The position numbers and the translations under genes were made by a program. The notes below the pieces were generated by a model. It did not search any database. It was not told the DNA's origin and was given only the letters and a program-made list of their open reading frames with translations. 64,000 nucleotides of DNA from Cenococcum geophilum (Eukaryota): assembly GCA_050273025.1 (NCBI GenBank), contig CP158635.1, forward strand, positions 8,556,001 through 8,620,000, written 5' to 3'. Shown in pieces: positions 12,197 to 24,800 of the stretch. Position 1 is the first letter of the stretch. Every line of letters begins with the position of its first letter.

Positions 12197-15100
12197 TGTT
12201 ACGGGACGGAGGTAGTGGCTATAGAACGTATGTATTTAAGGAGTCTATAAGACGTTACGCGATTAATTGTAAGGGTTAAGGGCGTAAGGAGGTAATATAC
12301 CTGCGCGTAGCTAGTATAAGCTATACGCGAGGTATACATAAAAGTACGGGGCTCTTCTTTAGAGGCCCCTGCGGTGGGGTTCCATAATACTACCCCCCCT
12401 CCTATAGGGGCGGAGCTCCGGCAACGCTATGGTTACTATATATATATAAAAGAGACACTTAAGGTATAGAGAAGAAGAAAGGGGTATTGTTAAAGGCTTA
12501 TAACAACGTTATATAATAAGGCTTAGCACCTAAGGATCCAACTAATTAGATAACTTTAATCGCTAGTTAAAGTTCCTAGACATCTTAACAATTTTCCGGT
12601 TACGTAATCGCACTTTGCTATCGCGTAACGGCAATCTACGGCAATCTAACGGTAATTTGCCCTTACGTAGTAATATATAATGGTTTAACTCTATAAGGGC
12701 TCCTATAGAGGATTAGGCATAAAATCTCTACTTAGGCCCAGTTTCTATAGATTCCCGTAGTAAAAATCGCTAATTAGATCCTTTGTATTTTTAAAGTCTT
12801 TTTATAACCAACTACTAGACCCTGTTTTACTAGCGCCAGCACTACGCTTATATGTCTTGGATATGGTTAAAATAAGTTATAAACTTCGGAGTTCAGGGGT
12901 CTACCTTTATGTATTTATATTACTTAATTTCTATAAATTTACAATTAAGTCGCTCGTTTAATACCCACACTGTAAAGCTTATACTTTCTATAGTTATTAT
13001 TCTGGCTAATCTATATCAAATCCTATATAGATAGCTCTGTAGTAGAGCCGCCGTCCTCTACCTTTACCAAAGTATTTAGAGTTAATAATTCGTTTAATGG
13101 TCCACTCCTTATAGTTCTTATCTTTGTTCTTATCTTAAATTAGTACTAATAGGGGTTTAGGCTATATCTGTCCTGGTAAGGGGTTAGGCTAGTAAAGGTA
13201 TAGTAGCTATAGGTAAAATATAGGCTATATCCTACGGGTAGCTAAAGTAGGTAGGACCTCTAGCTTATATACGGCCCCCTTATTAATAACTTATTTAATC
13301 TAATAGGGGCCGAGATTCTTATAGTTAAGTGACTTTATAGGCCTCTATATAGAGATATTGCGTATATTTAGCTATACCTAGTTACCAACACGCATCTCCG
13401 GTGGTAGTGTTCTATAATAGTTAGCAAAGTAGGCCTACTTTACTTAAGCCTAGGCCATTTCTCCCTTGCAGTAGTTAAGTAGATTTTTTATATAGTCTGC
13501 ATACTAGTTAGCAAGTAGTATCTTAAGGCATTTTCTATATAGTAGTTTCTTATTAATAGGTTCTAGTGGCTTTATACTAGATTAGAGGTAATAACCCTTA
13601 TTTATAAAGAATAGGGTAAGTCCTATAGTAGTTAATATGTAGTTATTTACTACAAATTTACTTAGTAAAAGGTAATCTACCCAATTATCTTAACTATAGG
13701 CGACTACTTATTGTAAATACGCTTTTATGCTAGTGTTCGCGTTTTCTAGTTACTTAGTAGTTTTATAGTAGAAGGATATAAACATCTTAATAAAGATACT
13801 AAGGCGTTAGCAGATTCGTCTCTATATATTAGAGTTAAACTATATACCTTAGTCGGATGTAATTAAGTTAGGTAACCTATATAGTTAGTAAACTTTGCGA
13901 AGGAAGGTGTTAGTAACGTTGCTAATAACTACGCCTTTAGTTAGGACGTAGTGGCGCTCTTTTATAAGTCGGCATATTATTATAAGGATATTCTTATAGG
14001 TACGGCCATATTATTTATAAGGTGGTAGGTTAATAATAAAATCTATAGTAATATCTGCCTATCGTTATATGGGTACTAGTAAGGGGTATAGTAGTCCTTA
14101 TTACTTTATATTAAAGGCCTTAACGTGCTTATAACCGTAGCAGGCACCTATAAAGCGTTTAACTAAGTCTATTATCTTAGGCCAAAAGTGATATTAGCTA
14201 AGGAGCTTATAGGTTCCTCTTTTACCTAGGTAGCCGCTTAACCGGAGGTTATAGGCTATTTAGATTAGTTGCCGTTATAGGTTTTCTAAATTAGGGATAA
14301 ATAGACGGCCTTTATAATAGAAACTGTTTTCTTTTACTTTTAAGGCTACTATATTAATCTAGTCTAGGCTTTAGAGTTTAGTAGGTAGCGTATAAGCGCT
14401 AATAGTCTTTACGGCAATAAGTTAATATAGTAATAGGTTAACAGAGGTATTATATACTGTGGTAATAAGCTTATTAATTTTAAAAGGTAACTCTAGTTCT
14501 ATAATATAAAGCTAAGGTACTATTAGCTCTATCGTAGGTAGTATACCTAGGGCTAAATTCCGTGCTTTTAAGATCGTTTATTATTAGAACTAATTTTAGG
14601 AGTCTTTTTTTTAACTAAGGGAGGTCTTATAAGCGGTATGTTAGGCTATTAGGCTTAGTACCTTATACTCCTTATCTATATATAATTTTAAAGTTAAAAC
14701 TAGAGAGAAACTCGTTCTAGCGTACTTAGCATTAGTTTAGCTACTTTATAGTTATAAAGTACTTAAGGTTGCAATAGTCCGTAAGAACTTTAGTAGGTTA
14801 ATTAGGTTCTACTAAGGAGAGTTCTAATTAGAATTCCTTAAATACTTATACAATTATAAGAAGTTCCTTATTATAGATCTTATAGTTATACTCTTATAGT
14901 ATAAGCTTAGACGAGTAGAATATAACTAGGTAAAGGAAACCGTTATTACCTATTTAGAAAAGAACGCCTACGTTAACATAGTCTAAGGAGTTAATTTTAA
15001 GGTAAAGTTATTATTCTAGTGTAAAGTAAGCTAAGATAGGTGCTTTAGTAAAAGCATTTTTAAGGTCTTAGAACCCCTTCTTATATTTAGGTATTTAGGT

Positions 15101-18100
15101 AAAGCGTAAATACGTTTTTCTTCCTTTTGCAAAAAGGCCCTTCGTCTATATTACTGCTATAAGTAGTACTACTACGCCTAAGAAGTTATATATAAATTTT
15201 TAATAGAAGTTAGCGAAGCTAAGGAAAGCTTATACATCCTTAATGCAGTTAGGGGCTTACTATTTAGTAATTATATATACCTTCTTAGAGTCTATACGAA
15301 CACCCTTAGTAGTAATAATTAGTTTAAGGTATTTTACTTCTATAACTAAAAATTCGCACTTCTTTAAATTAATATAAATTCCTACGTCCCTAAGGCGCTC
15401 TAAGACCTTTTAAACGTGCTTAGTATACTTAAAAGGGTTATTATTATAAATAAGTATATTATCTAAGTACGCAGAGCAGAAGCTGTTAAAGTAGTCCTAT
15501 AAGGCGTTATTAATATAGCTTTAAAAGGCGCCTAGGCCGTTATATACACTAAAGGGCATAATAGTATATTTAAATTAGCCGAAGTATAATACGAATACGG
15601 TTTTCCATTTATTACCTTTCCATATTTAAAGATAGTTAAAAGCAGCGATAATATTAAGCTTAGTATAGATTTTAGCTTAACTAAGTCACTTAAGAGTCTC
15701 GCGTATAAGTAGTATAGGGTATTAGTTCTTAACTATAATAGCGTTAAGTCCTTTATAATTAATATAAAATTAAATACCTCCTTTTAGCTTCTTAGTAAGA
15801 AGAATAGGGGTGGCTACTGGGGATATACTAGGATAAATAAACCCTTTATTAAGGTGTTTGTTAATATACTTTTTTATAACTAGAAGTTCGTTTTTAGATA
15901 TTAAGTAAAGTCTCTTATAAGGTAGCATTTTTCCTTATTTAATATTAATAGCGTAGTTATTAGGTTAATATAGGGAGAGTATATCTGCGCCCTTTTATAA
16001 GCATATATTAATAAAGTTGTAATACCTTTTAAAGAGGAGCTTACGGAGTTCCTCATTAATAAGTCCTTTTTTAAGCTTTATAAACTTCTTAAAGTCTAAA
16101 GGTGAAAGTCCGTAAAGTTCTATAAGGGAGTCGTTTTTTTAGAAGGTCAACTATATCTATCCTATTACTATAAAGGACGTAGTTTTATTTTTTTGTTAAG
16201 CTTATATAGTTATAATTAGGAAGCTACAGTAACGGTCTAGCCTTTTCTACCTACTATATAGTAGAAGGCCGTAGCACTTATATAGTAGTAGTTGGTTATA
16301 AGTAGGGTAATAAGGAGTTCCTTAGGTTAACGTCCTAGGGAGTAAATAGAGGCGGCTAGGCTATACCCTAGGTAAGTTTCTTTATAGTATTAAGAGTTAA
16401 AGGTTACCTCTTTCTTTTCCTAGTTAATAGCGGGGTTATATTATTTAAGCTAGCTTATTTTAAGGATAATAGGGTAGTTGGTAAGTAGTATAATATAGGC
16501 CTAGAGCTCTTTCTAGTGCCTATTTATATCTAGGTAGAGTTATACTATATAGGTAATCTTCTATATAGTATAACTACTGTTAGCAAGTTATAGGGCGCGG
16601 GCTTTAGTAAAGGGTAAGATAGGTAGGTTATAAGTACGCATAAATTAGATATTTATAAATTTATTAATAGCTTCGCAATTAATTATAGAACGGCTTTTAT
16701 ATTATTTTTTAGTAGTAGTTCCTATTATAGGTAAAACTATCTATTTCCGTCCGTTTATCTTTACTAAATTATTTATTAAATAGGCTAATATATAGATCCC
16801 TCCGTTATTAGGGCGTCCTAACCTATAACTTAGGCTAGGACTTAGCGTTTTCCGCTTCCATATCTAACCTACTACTATTACTATATCTTTGTCTTATATA
16901 GTAGTGGCGCGTAGTAATATATTTAGTGTTTAGGGCATTAGGTTAAATATTAGGCGGCGGCTACTAAACCTAGCTATTAAGTAGTTTAGGTTATCGTAAT
17001 AATAGCCTTCTTAATAACATCTATAGTAGTATCCTAATTTCTAAAATAGCTCGCGCTCTCCATCTAGGAGTTTTTACGGAAAGGTTAGTATAGAAAAGTT
17101 AATATTAGCTCTAGTGGTACTTAAGGTAGTAGGCATTAGTAGCTTAGTATATATAGGTTTAGTAGGCCCAAAGGGCTTCTATAGAGAGGTCTTTAGGTAA
17201 AGATTAGCAGTAGTAATCTAATTTAGTTGTCGTTTAATTTTCTATAGAGATGCTACCATATTATAAATATTATTATAGTTATGGCTAGCGGCTGTGTAAC
17301 TAGGGTAATAAGTAACTTTTTTAAGGAGATCCTTTTAGTCTTTAGTATCGTCTTAGGTAAGGGCTCTAGTGTATTCCTAGAATTTAATATAGAACTTATT
17401 AAACAATTTAGTAAGGCTTATTTTTAGGGTATATAGTTTAGCTCGGCTAGTGGCTAATAGGTTATAGTCGCGGTATATTAGGTTAAAATTATTAAAAACT
17501 TCCTAGTAGGACTACCACTTTTAGGGGCTATTAGTCTCCTATTAGGCGAAGAGTATATTAAATAGTATACCCTTTATTCGCCTAATAATATAGCTAATTT
17601 TAGTATCTTCTATAGGAAAAAGGTGGACGCTTTAAGTTAGTTTCTCGCGGATTTATATCTTCTAATAGCTATATTCCTTACGGTCTCCCTAAAAAACTAA
17701 GGGGTTAGGGTAATATATATTAGACCCTACGGTAGCGGTTTAGATTTAATTATTATAGCTTTTATTATTACCGCTCTAGTAGGGGTTCCCGTTAGGCAAA
17801 GCTGCTTGGCACTAATCCTCTATTAAGCGTTAAGTAGGTAAGTTTACTAGGGGCGTAAAAACTTAGGTAGCGTTATATACAGTAAAGAGGTATCTAGCAT
17901 TATTACAAATATGCTTATTAAGCTAAGATTATAGGTATTTAATTATGCCCTCTTTTTTAGTAACTATAGCAATAAGTAAAATCTTAGCCTTTTTTAACCG
18001 TTAAACGTCACGTTTAGATACACGGAGATTATCTTTAGTCTTTTAGTGCGTATTATTAGTAAGCGCCTTATAAGCTTATAGGTCTTAGATAATATTACAA

Positions 18101-18791
18101 TCTTAAATAGTACGCATCTTAGCTTGTATAAGCTTTAGGTAGTAATTCTATAAAAGGCGGTAGTATTTATTAGGTTCTTATACTACCATTTTTATAAACG
18201 TCTTAGCGTCTCGTATTTTAATCTTAATAGGTAGTAGCCCTTTTACTTACTCACCCGTAGTTATATAGTTAGTAAAAGATAAAACATTATTAATGTTTAC
18301 TTTATTAAGGTTATTATAATCTCTTAAGCTACTAGGCTTTCCCTTAGGGGTTAAGGCTAGGGCTAATAAATTAAATTCTCCTAGGATTGATTGGCGGCGT
18401 AGGTTAAGTATAGGTATTAGATTGTTCTTTAGGTTTAATATAATAGCTAGTACAAAGTATCGTCTTACTATTATAGGTTCCTTAGAAGCATAAAGTAAGG
18501 TAACTTATAAATACGCTATTTCTAACAGCGTCTATAGTATTATAAAGACGTAGAATTAGTTGTAGGCTAAGCGTCGGTAATAAAAAGGCGCAACGTAATG
18601 TTATAGGACGGAGGTAGTGGCTACAGAACGTATGTATTCGAGGAGTCTACAAGACGTTACGCGATTGATCGTAAGGGTCGAGGGCGTAAGGAGGTAATAT
18701 ACCTGCGCGTAGCTGACATAAGCTGTACGCGAGGTGTACGCGAGAGCACGGGGCTCTCTCTTAGAGGCCCCTGCGGTGGGGTTCCGTGACA
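12197..18791 (-). mobile_element. Full-length RIPped Ty3/Gypsy chromovirus B
   Basis: 193-bp LTRs at 12197-12389 and 18599-18791; TSD CTTAG/CTTAA; minus-strand PPT at 12390-12403; RT FCSAYLD(N)ILIY near 15460; chromodomain EWTI-RII-SK near 13100. Confidence 0.88.
12803..12983 (+). mobile_element. RIPped solo LTR related to the 3' LTR of the TRIM at 11762-11954
   Basis: TATAACC...AAGCTTATA ends; shares CTTCGGAGTTC-GGGGTCTAC-TT-ATGTATTTATA and TTTACAAT-AAGTCG with that LTR; TSD CTTTT/CTTTC. Confidence 0.8.
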
Positions 18792-19402
18792 CTTAATAAG
18801 CTTTAACCCCTTTAAATAAACCTTCTTATAAACTTTCTTAAGATAGGTTAACTAAGCGTAAGCAGCTAGTCCAGTATTAAGTATTTACAACTATTTATTA
18901 TAAAGATATTAAAACTTAACCTAGGCACGATTCTACTTATTACGTAATAATTAAAGTTTACTATAGGTAGTAGAGAGTTAGTCTTTTAACTTCTTAGCAG
19001 TAGATTAAATCTAAGACCCTATAATAAATTAAATAAGGTTTTAGACGCTTATAGAGAATAATAAGACGTATATACTTAGCATTAGAGATAGATTAAATAT
19101 TATAGGACGATTATATATTTAATTTTATACACTTAGTATAGGAAGAAGGTTAGCAACTAGACGGAGCTGTAATTATAATATATACTAACTTCTTCTCTAT
19201 ATAATAAGAATAGGATAATATAACTTTACTAAGTAAAAGAATAACAGTTACTAGCTGGTTAAAATAATTAGACAAAGAGGATTTAATAAGAGGTATTAGG
19301 AATAATGAAGGTTATTAAATTAAAGACGGAAATACTATATCTGTAATAAATAACTTAAAATAGAAGAAATCTTTAAGGACGAAATAAAGAGAAAGGGGAT
19401 AG

Positions 19403-19747
19403 TGTTACGGGCCTTAATAGTAGTACGACTATTAAGAAGAGATATAAATAGGTTAGTTAAAATAGTATATAAGGTACTAGAATTAATTAACCTATAAAAT
19501 AAGGAGTAACTAAGTTATATAGCTAGATATGTTATAAGTTTAGAACGTAAAACCGTGGAAATGTAAGGACGAATAGGATATATTTAAAGGACCATAGTCC
19601 CTATCTAAATAGTTCTCTTCTTTATAGTAAATCTTAGAATATAATTAGAGTTAATCTATTAGGCGACCTACTCTACTAGTTATATTTACTTATATACCTA
19701 GCCTATTAATAAGTCCACCGTAGTATCTTCTATAAGGCTTCGTTATA
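19403..19747 (+). repeat. 3' LTR of A1
   Basis: TGTTACGG...CTTCGTTATA; homologous to the LTRs at 34433 and 59691. Confidence 0.8.
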
Positions 19748-20028
19748 TTATAGGCACCCTATAGGGAGAAGACTGCTAGCTCCGTCCTCTATACGCCTAC
19801 TTTCTCCCCTTTACCAATAGTGTTAAAAATAAAGATAATTTAAAATCCTTAATTTCTTAAATTCTAGAAGATATATTATACAATATTATATAGATAGAAG
19901 ATAACCTTTAGATGTAGTATAATTTTAATGTGCTAAGAAATATTGCAATGTTATCGGAATATCTGCAATATTGGCAATACCGATATTTTATCAAGTTGTA
20001 TCAAATAAAATTTTATCGGTGTCCACTG
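19748..20028. mobile_element. Probable terminal fragment of a hAT-like DNA transposon
   Basis: Ends in ...GTCCACTG (CAGTG terminus on the opposite strand) with clustered GCAATATT/ATATTGGC subterminal motifs like those of the MITE at 47759. The partner end was not found. Confidence 0.45.
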
Positions 20029-20109
20029 CAGAGTTGCTACACGTGATGTGCACGGGCCACAAACGAGGGCTACGCGCAGGAAGGGATAATGTTAACATTG
20101 AAACTAGAT

Positions 20110-21717
20110 CTACTGAAGTAACTTCTTCACCTCGGGTACGACATTCTGGCGAGCCACCAGCCGACCATCTTTCTCTGGGTCATCATCAGCTAGTCCGAGG
20201 ATCTTCAATCTCACTTTTCCGCTCTTCAGTTCCTCCTCTCCAATAATGAGGACAGCACGGGCGCCGCCCACCTCTGCGGATTTAAACTGCTGTGGAAGCT
20301 TCGGTTTTACTTTCAGCGAATATTCAGCACTGATACCAGCAGCCCATAGTTCCCGTGCAAGCGCCATTCTTTCAGTCAAGAGACCGGACCCAAATGCCAT
20401 AACGTAGACGTCGAATCTGCGCGCCACAGACTGGGCCTTTCCGTTTTCGCCGCGCGCTTTGAGAATTGTGAAGATTCGGTCAATACCGAAGGAGACTCCA
20501 ACGCAAGGAATGCTGTTACCAAACATGCCCGATAGGTTGTCGTACCGACCACCCGCGGCAACGCTACCAATGGGAGGATCATTTGACTTGGTGTGGAGGT
20601 CCGGAAACTTGGTAGTAGCCTCGAATATGAGTGCAGTATAGTAATCGAGGCCGCGGGCCAAAGAGAGGTCGAAAGATACCTTATCAGAGAGCTGAAAAGC
20701 CTCCAAATAGGCACGAAGAAGATCCATATCTTCCAGGCCCGCTTTAAAGTCCTTATTCGCCGTAAGCCGGGAATCGCACCGGAGCTGATCGAGAACACTC
20801 GATATTCCGCGACCGTTGATTTGCACGTATCGACCAATATCATCCGCTACAGCAGAGTCGAGGCCCTTCTCTTCCATTTCCTTTTTGACTTCAGCCCAAG
20901 GAGATTTATCAAGCTTGTCTGGAAGCAGTCAGTAGACCGATAAAAAGCTCGATGCGATTGAAATACCAACGGCCGAGCTAATCGCGCGGATCTTGTTGTT
21001 TGGAACGCCGACCACAGTGAAGATCCCGTCGAGTATTTGGCGATGATTTACTTTAATGGTAATGTCGTCCGCTAGTCCCAACATTTCGAACACTTCGACA
21101 ATTACCGAGATGATTTCTGCATCTGGTACCATTGGATCGAACGTGCCAGCAAAGTCCACGTCGCATTGATAGAACTCTCTTAAGCGTCCACGAGAAATTG
21201 CCTGGGGGGTTAGCAGCTACAATGCATGTGGATACCCAGCTTACCGGTTGATCCCGTCTGTAAACTTTTCCAATAGAGTAACGCTTCACTTGCTGAATCT
21301 TATTCATGGCTAGCCACCGTGCGAATGGCACAGTGAGATCGTAACGTAGTGAACATAATTCACCACCCTGGTCTTGTAGATCATAGATCAAACGGGCATC
21401 TTCGCCGTATTTGCCTAAACAGTAAGCTGGAGAATCGGGCATCTAGATTCAACTTTACCTGCAAGGATTTCTTTGAGCTCAAAAACCGGTGTGTCCAAAG
21501 CCACCGCAGCATGACGCCTAAATACTTCAGTTGCCGACGCAAAAATGCGATCTCTCATGCCAATATCAGGCCCAGTCCAGTCTCTCGTTCCCTTCGGAGT
21601 CTTTAGCTGCATGCGCGCAGTCTTCTCTCTAACGGCCAAGTTGGTTGCCATGTTCGGAGTATTGCGAATGGCGCAGAGAAGTGATTTGGCTGATAGAGAA
21701 GAAGAAATCGGGCGCAT
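20110..21717 (-). CDS. HTS1: Histidyl-tRNA synthetase (class II), intact, 490 aa; exons 21717-21459, 21414-21245, 21201-20967, 20918-20110; second in-frame ATG at 21651
   Basis: Motifs [59 protein letters not shown] and [10 protein letters not shown], plus a C-terminal anticodon-binding domain. Three GT-AG introns of 44, 43 and 48 nt give a spliced length of 1473 nt with no internal stop. Confidence 0.95.
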
Positions 21718-21845
21718 GAAAGGTCGTTGGGTGAGGGTTAACGAAGTGTTTATTTTTTGACTCACTCTCAGATATTGACGTGTACGCGTATCACGTGATC
21801 GATAGCCGACGCTTCATCCCTCCAAGTTATCTCATAAATCCGACG

Positions 21846-24800
21846 AAACAGACCCGGACTTTTGAACCTTATCTTTAAATAATACCCCCCTAGCACGCAA
21901 TACCCAAGTTGAGAAAAAAGATGGAGACGGCAGAGGCGGAAGGAGGCTTAACGCGTCAATCGCGTCAAGAACGCGCTAAGACAACTAAGGCCCTTAAAAA
22001 CGATAGTTATAAGAGTAATACAGAAGATACGGTTCATGTGGCAGTAGTGGCCCCTAGTACACCACAATTAAAGCATATGGGGAAAAAACTACGCCCTAAG
22101 GATCAAATAGTGTTAACAAGAAACTATATAATGGCTAAAAAGAGAGTAGAGTAGCCAGTAATAATAGCCATTATGGTAAACCAATTAATAACTAAGAAGA
22201 TAAATATAACAATAAATATGCAGATTAAGGTGCTAACTAACCTAGTTATATCACTACTAGGGGCGTTAGAGGAGTAGAAAGAGGCACAAGCGAACTAAAT
22301 TAAAGTTATTACTGAAATGTTTATAGTGCAGATTAACACGCTTAGAGTAGAGGTTATAAAAAAGATAGAGGTAATCCAGACCTAATTATCTAACATTTAA
22401 GCACCACTAAGCGCGGCTCCATTATATATGGATATTGCCTGTACGCCGCTAAGCAGTTAACTAAGCAACCTAACGTCCTTCCCTTTAAGAAATACTATGC
22501 CATCAACTATTACTAACACGCTATACTATATAGTTAATATATCTAGAGTTAAAAAGGAAAATAAGAACAAAGTATAACTGGGGGTAATTAGGCAAATAAT
22601 TAAAAATAGTATGCGTATAATAAAAGGCCATAAAAGCTAGCGCTATATAGCAGTAATTAAAGACCCTAGGAACCCTACACATATTAAGATAACTTATAGA
22701 AATAAAGCCGAGCTCTAACGTATAAAAGAAGCGGCCTAGAAGACCTTAGCACCTAGTATTTAGGTACTATAAGACCAGCTTTACCTAGTAAAAATTAACA
22801 ACGCTAATTAAATAGCAGTTCTTAACTAGGAAGGAAAGATTTAAGATAAAGTAGTAGAGGTGCTAGGAAAAGAGAACAATGTATATATAGCCTAGATAGG
22901 GTGGCTTAGTAAAAAAGATATAGGAAAGGCATATAGATTAATAGTGGTATATGTTACTAAAAGTAGTAAGGCAGTACGGTTGCTATAGAACCAATACTTT
23001 TACATTATAGGGGAATTAGCCTATATTAGAACCTATAAACCTAAAAGCGGCCTAACATAATGCTACTAGTATTAGATACTAGGATATAAAGCATTCATAT
23101 ATATAAGACCGTAAGTATATACTAGATGCGCTTAAGAAGGACATTATTATAATAACTGCTAAGGATAGATCCTAAAATGTATACTATGCGGAGGACCATA
23201 TAAATTATTTAGTAAAAATTATTAAGTGCTTTATCCTACCCGCTATATATAAGACACTTTAGGTACTTTAACTAAATATCTAAAAGCAGAGTATAGTATA
23301 GCAGAGCCTAATAAATAATAAATAACTAAAAAACTTTAGAGTGTTAGCAATATTAGAGCTATATGTATAGAAAACGGATGATATAGTTATAACAGTCCCT
23401 ATAGGACACTTAAATTAGACTAAGGTAATACCTACGGTCTAGTGCGAAGAGAGGTAGGCGGTATAGAGTATGCTATAGATTTAAAAAGACTTTAAGGCCA
23501 AATAGGTGCTAGTTTAATTAGTAGATCTTACCGCAGCAGTGCTGCGCCTTCCCAACCGATTAGTACTAGTAGTATTAGTATACATTAAGGGAAAGAATAT
23601 AGAGGTACTATAGGATATAACTAGTAAACCATACTAACTAATCTAGGAAATATAGAACAAGATAGGTATATAAACCGATATAATACTCACAGGAGACTTT
23701 AATCAGCACGATTAGCTATAGGGAGGAAATAATATCTTGCTAGTAAGATAGGGAGAAGCTAACCTAATTATTAATCTTATAGGAGATTACTCCCTACATA
23801 GCCTGCTGCCTAGGGGTATAAAAATATGGCAAAATGGTGACTGCGAGATAACAATTAACCTAATCCTAGTATTAGATGAGCTAGCATTTATAATAGTAAA
23901 GTATATAGTATATAGGACAGAACACGGATCTAATTATAGGGCAATTAAGACGATATTTAATATTATAGTCCCTAAACGCGCTATAGAATAGAGAATACTC
24001 TTTAAGAACGCACTATAGAATAAAATTAGGAATAGGATTGCTATTACCCTCTATATTATTCTAGTAGGCGGTAGAGTATAGCAGCAAACAGACCGGCTTA
24101 TAGATGTAGTGCTAGAGGTAGTCCACGCATTAACTCTAAAAGCTAGACCTTTACTATATATAAAAAGGTGGTAGATAATAGACCTTATAAAGCTCCGCCG
24201 GGTATATACCTACTAAAGAAACCGGGCAAAGAACTAATGCTAAGTAGGCTAGATATTACCAGAACTAGAGCAATAAGTAAAGGAGGCCTTAAAGGAATAT
24301 TATAATACAATATAGAAACAGAAAAGGATATATTAGAACAACTTCCTAGCCAATAACGTAAATATTTAGTAAGTAGTAAAATACCTTAACCCAAGCGGCA
24401 ACTCAGCGTTTAATAAGATACCACTGTTAGTAAGGACAAATGGATTTACTATAGGAGGTAAAAATAAATAAGCAGCGGAGCTGTTAACCACATTCTTTCC
24501 CCTGCTGCTAATAGGAATAGAGGATAAGGGCCCGCGGCCTTAATAAACGCTAATACTAATGCCGCGTTTTATAATGGAAGAGGTAGAACAAAAGATATTT
24601 ACGGCAAAGCTATAGAAAGCGCTAGGGGACAACGGCCTACTAGCGATAGTGTAGAGGCAGATATAGCCGGTAATAAAAGATAGGGTCCTACTTCTCTTTT
24701 AGACCTTACTAGATAAGGGCAACCTTCCTAACTAATAGAGAAATGCTAAGATTATACCGCTTAAGAAGCTAAATAAAGGAGATTATATAAAGGCAAGGGC

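Larger units (their letters stand above)
11994..19296 (-). pseudogene. A1 copy of the antisense Zn2Cys6-like/coiled-coil gene; intron 19019-19073; exon 2 split by Gypsy B
   Basis: Homologous to 36598-37252: ATA-CCT start, Cys-spaced exon 1 with the fifth Cys still TGT, and the same T/GG splice phase. Confidence 0.7.
2509..19747 (+). mobile_element. Ty3/Gypsy chromovirus family A, copy A1: RIP-degraded, 5' LTR and gag N-terminus missing, hosts five direct insertions
   Basis: Colinear with copies A2 and A3. Protease ALIDS near 6845; RT (RLCIDYR, DRYPLP, YF-DIIIY) 7500-8090; RNase H; integrase about 9100-9960; chromodomain about 10120-10207 continuing at 11960; PPT GAGAAAGGGGATAG; 3' LTR 19403-19747. 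Confidence 0.85.

Noticed and set aside
19971..21760. Several plus-strand and alternate-frame ORFs over HisRS
   Set aside because: Shadow ORFs of a GC-balanced coding region, with no independent motifs.
21718..21765. Longer HisRS N-terminus from the ORF track
   Set aside because: That ORF begins at GTG. The first ATG is at 21717.
19748..21845. HisRS captured inside a hAT or Starship element
   Set aside because: The hAT-like terminus at 20028 leaves the gene outside it, and no tyrosine-recombinase captain or matching second end was seen in the window.
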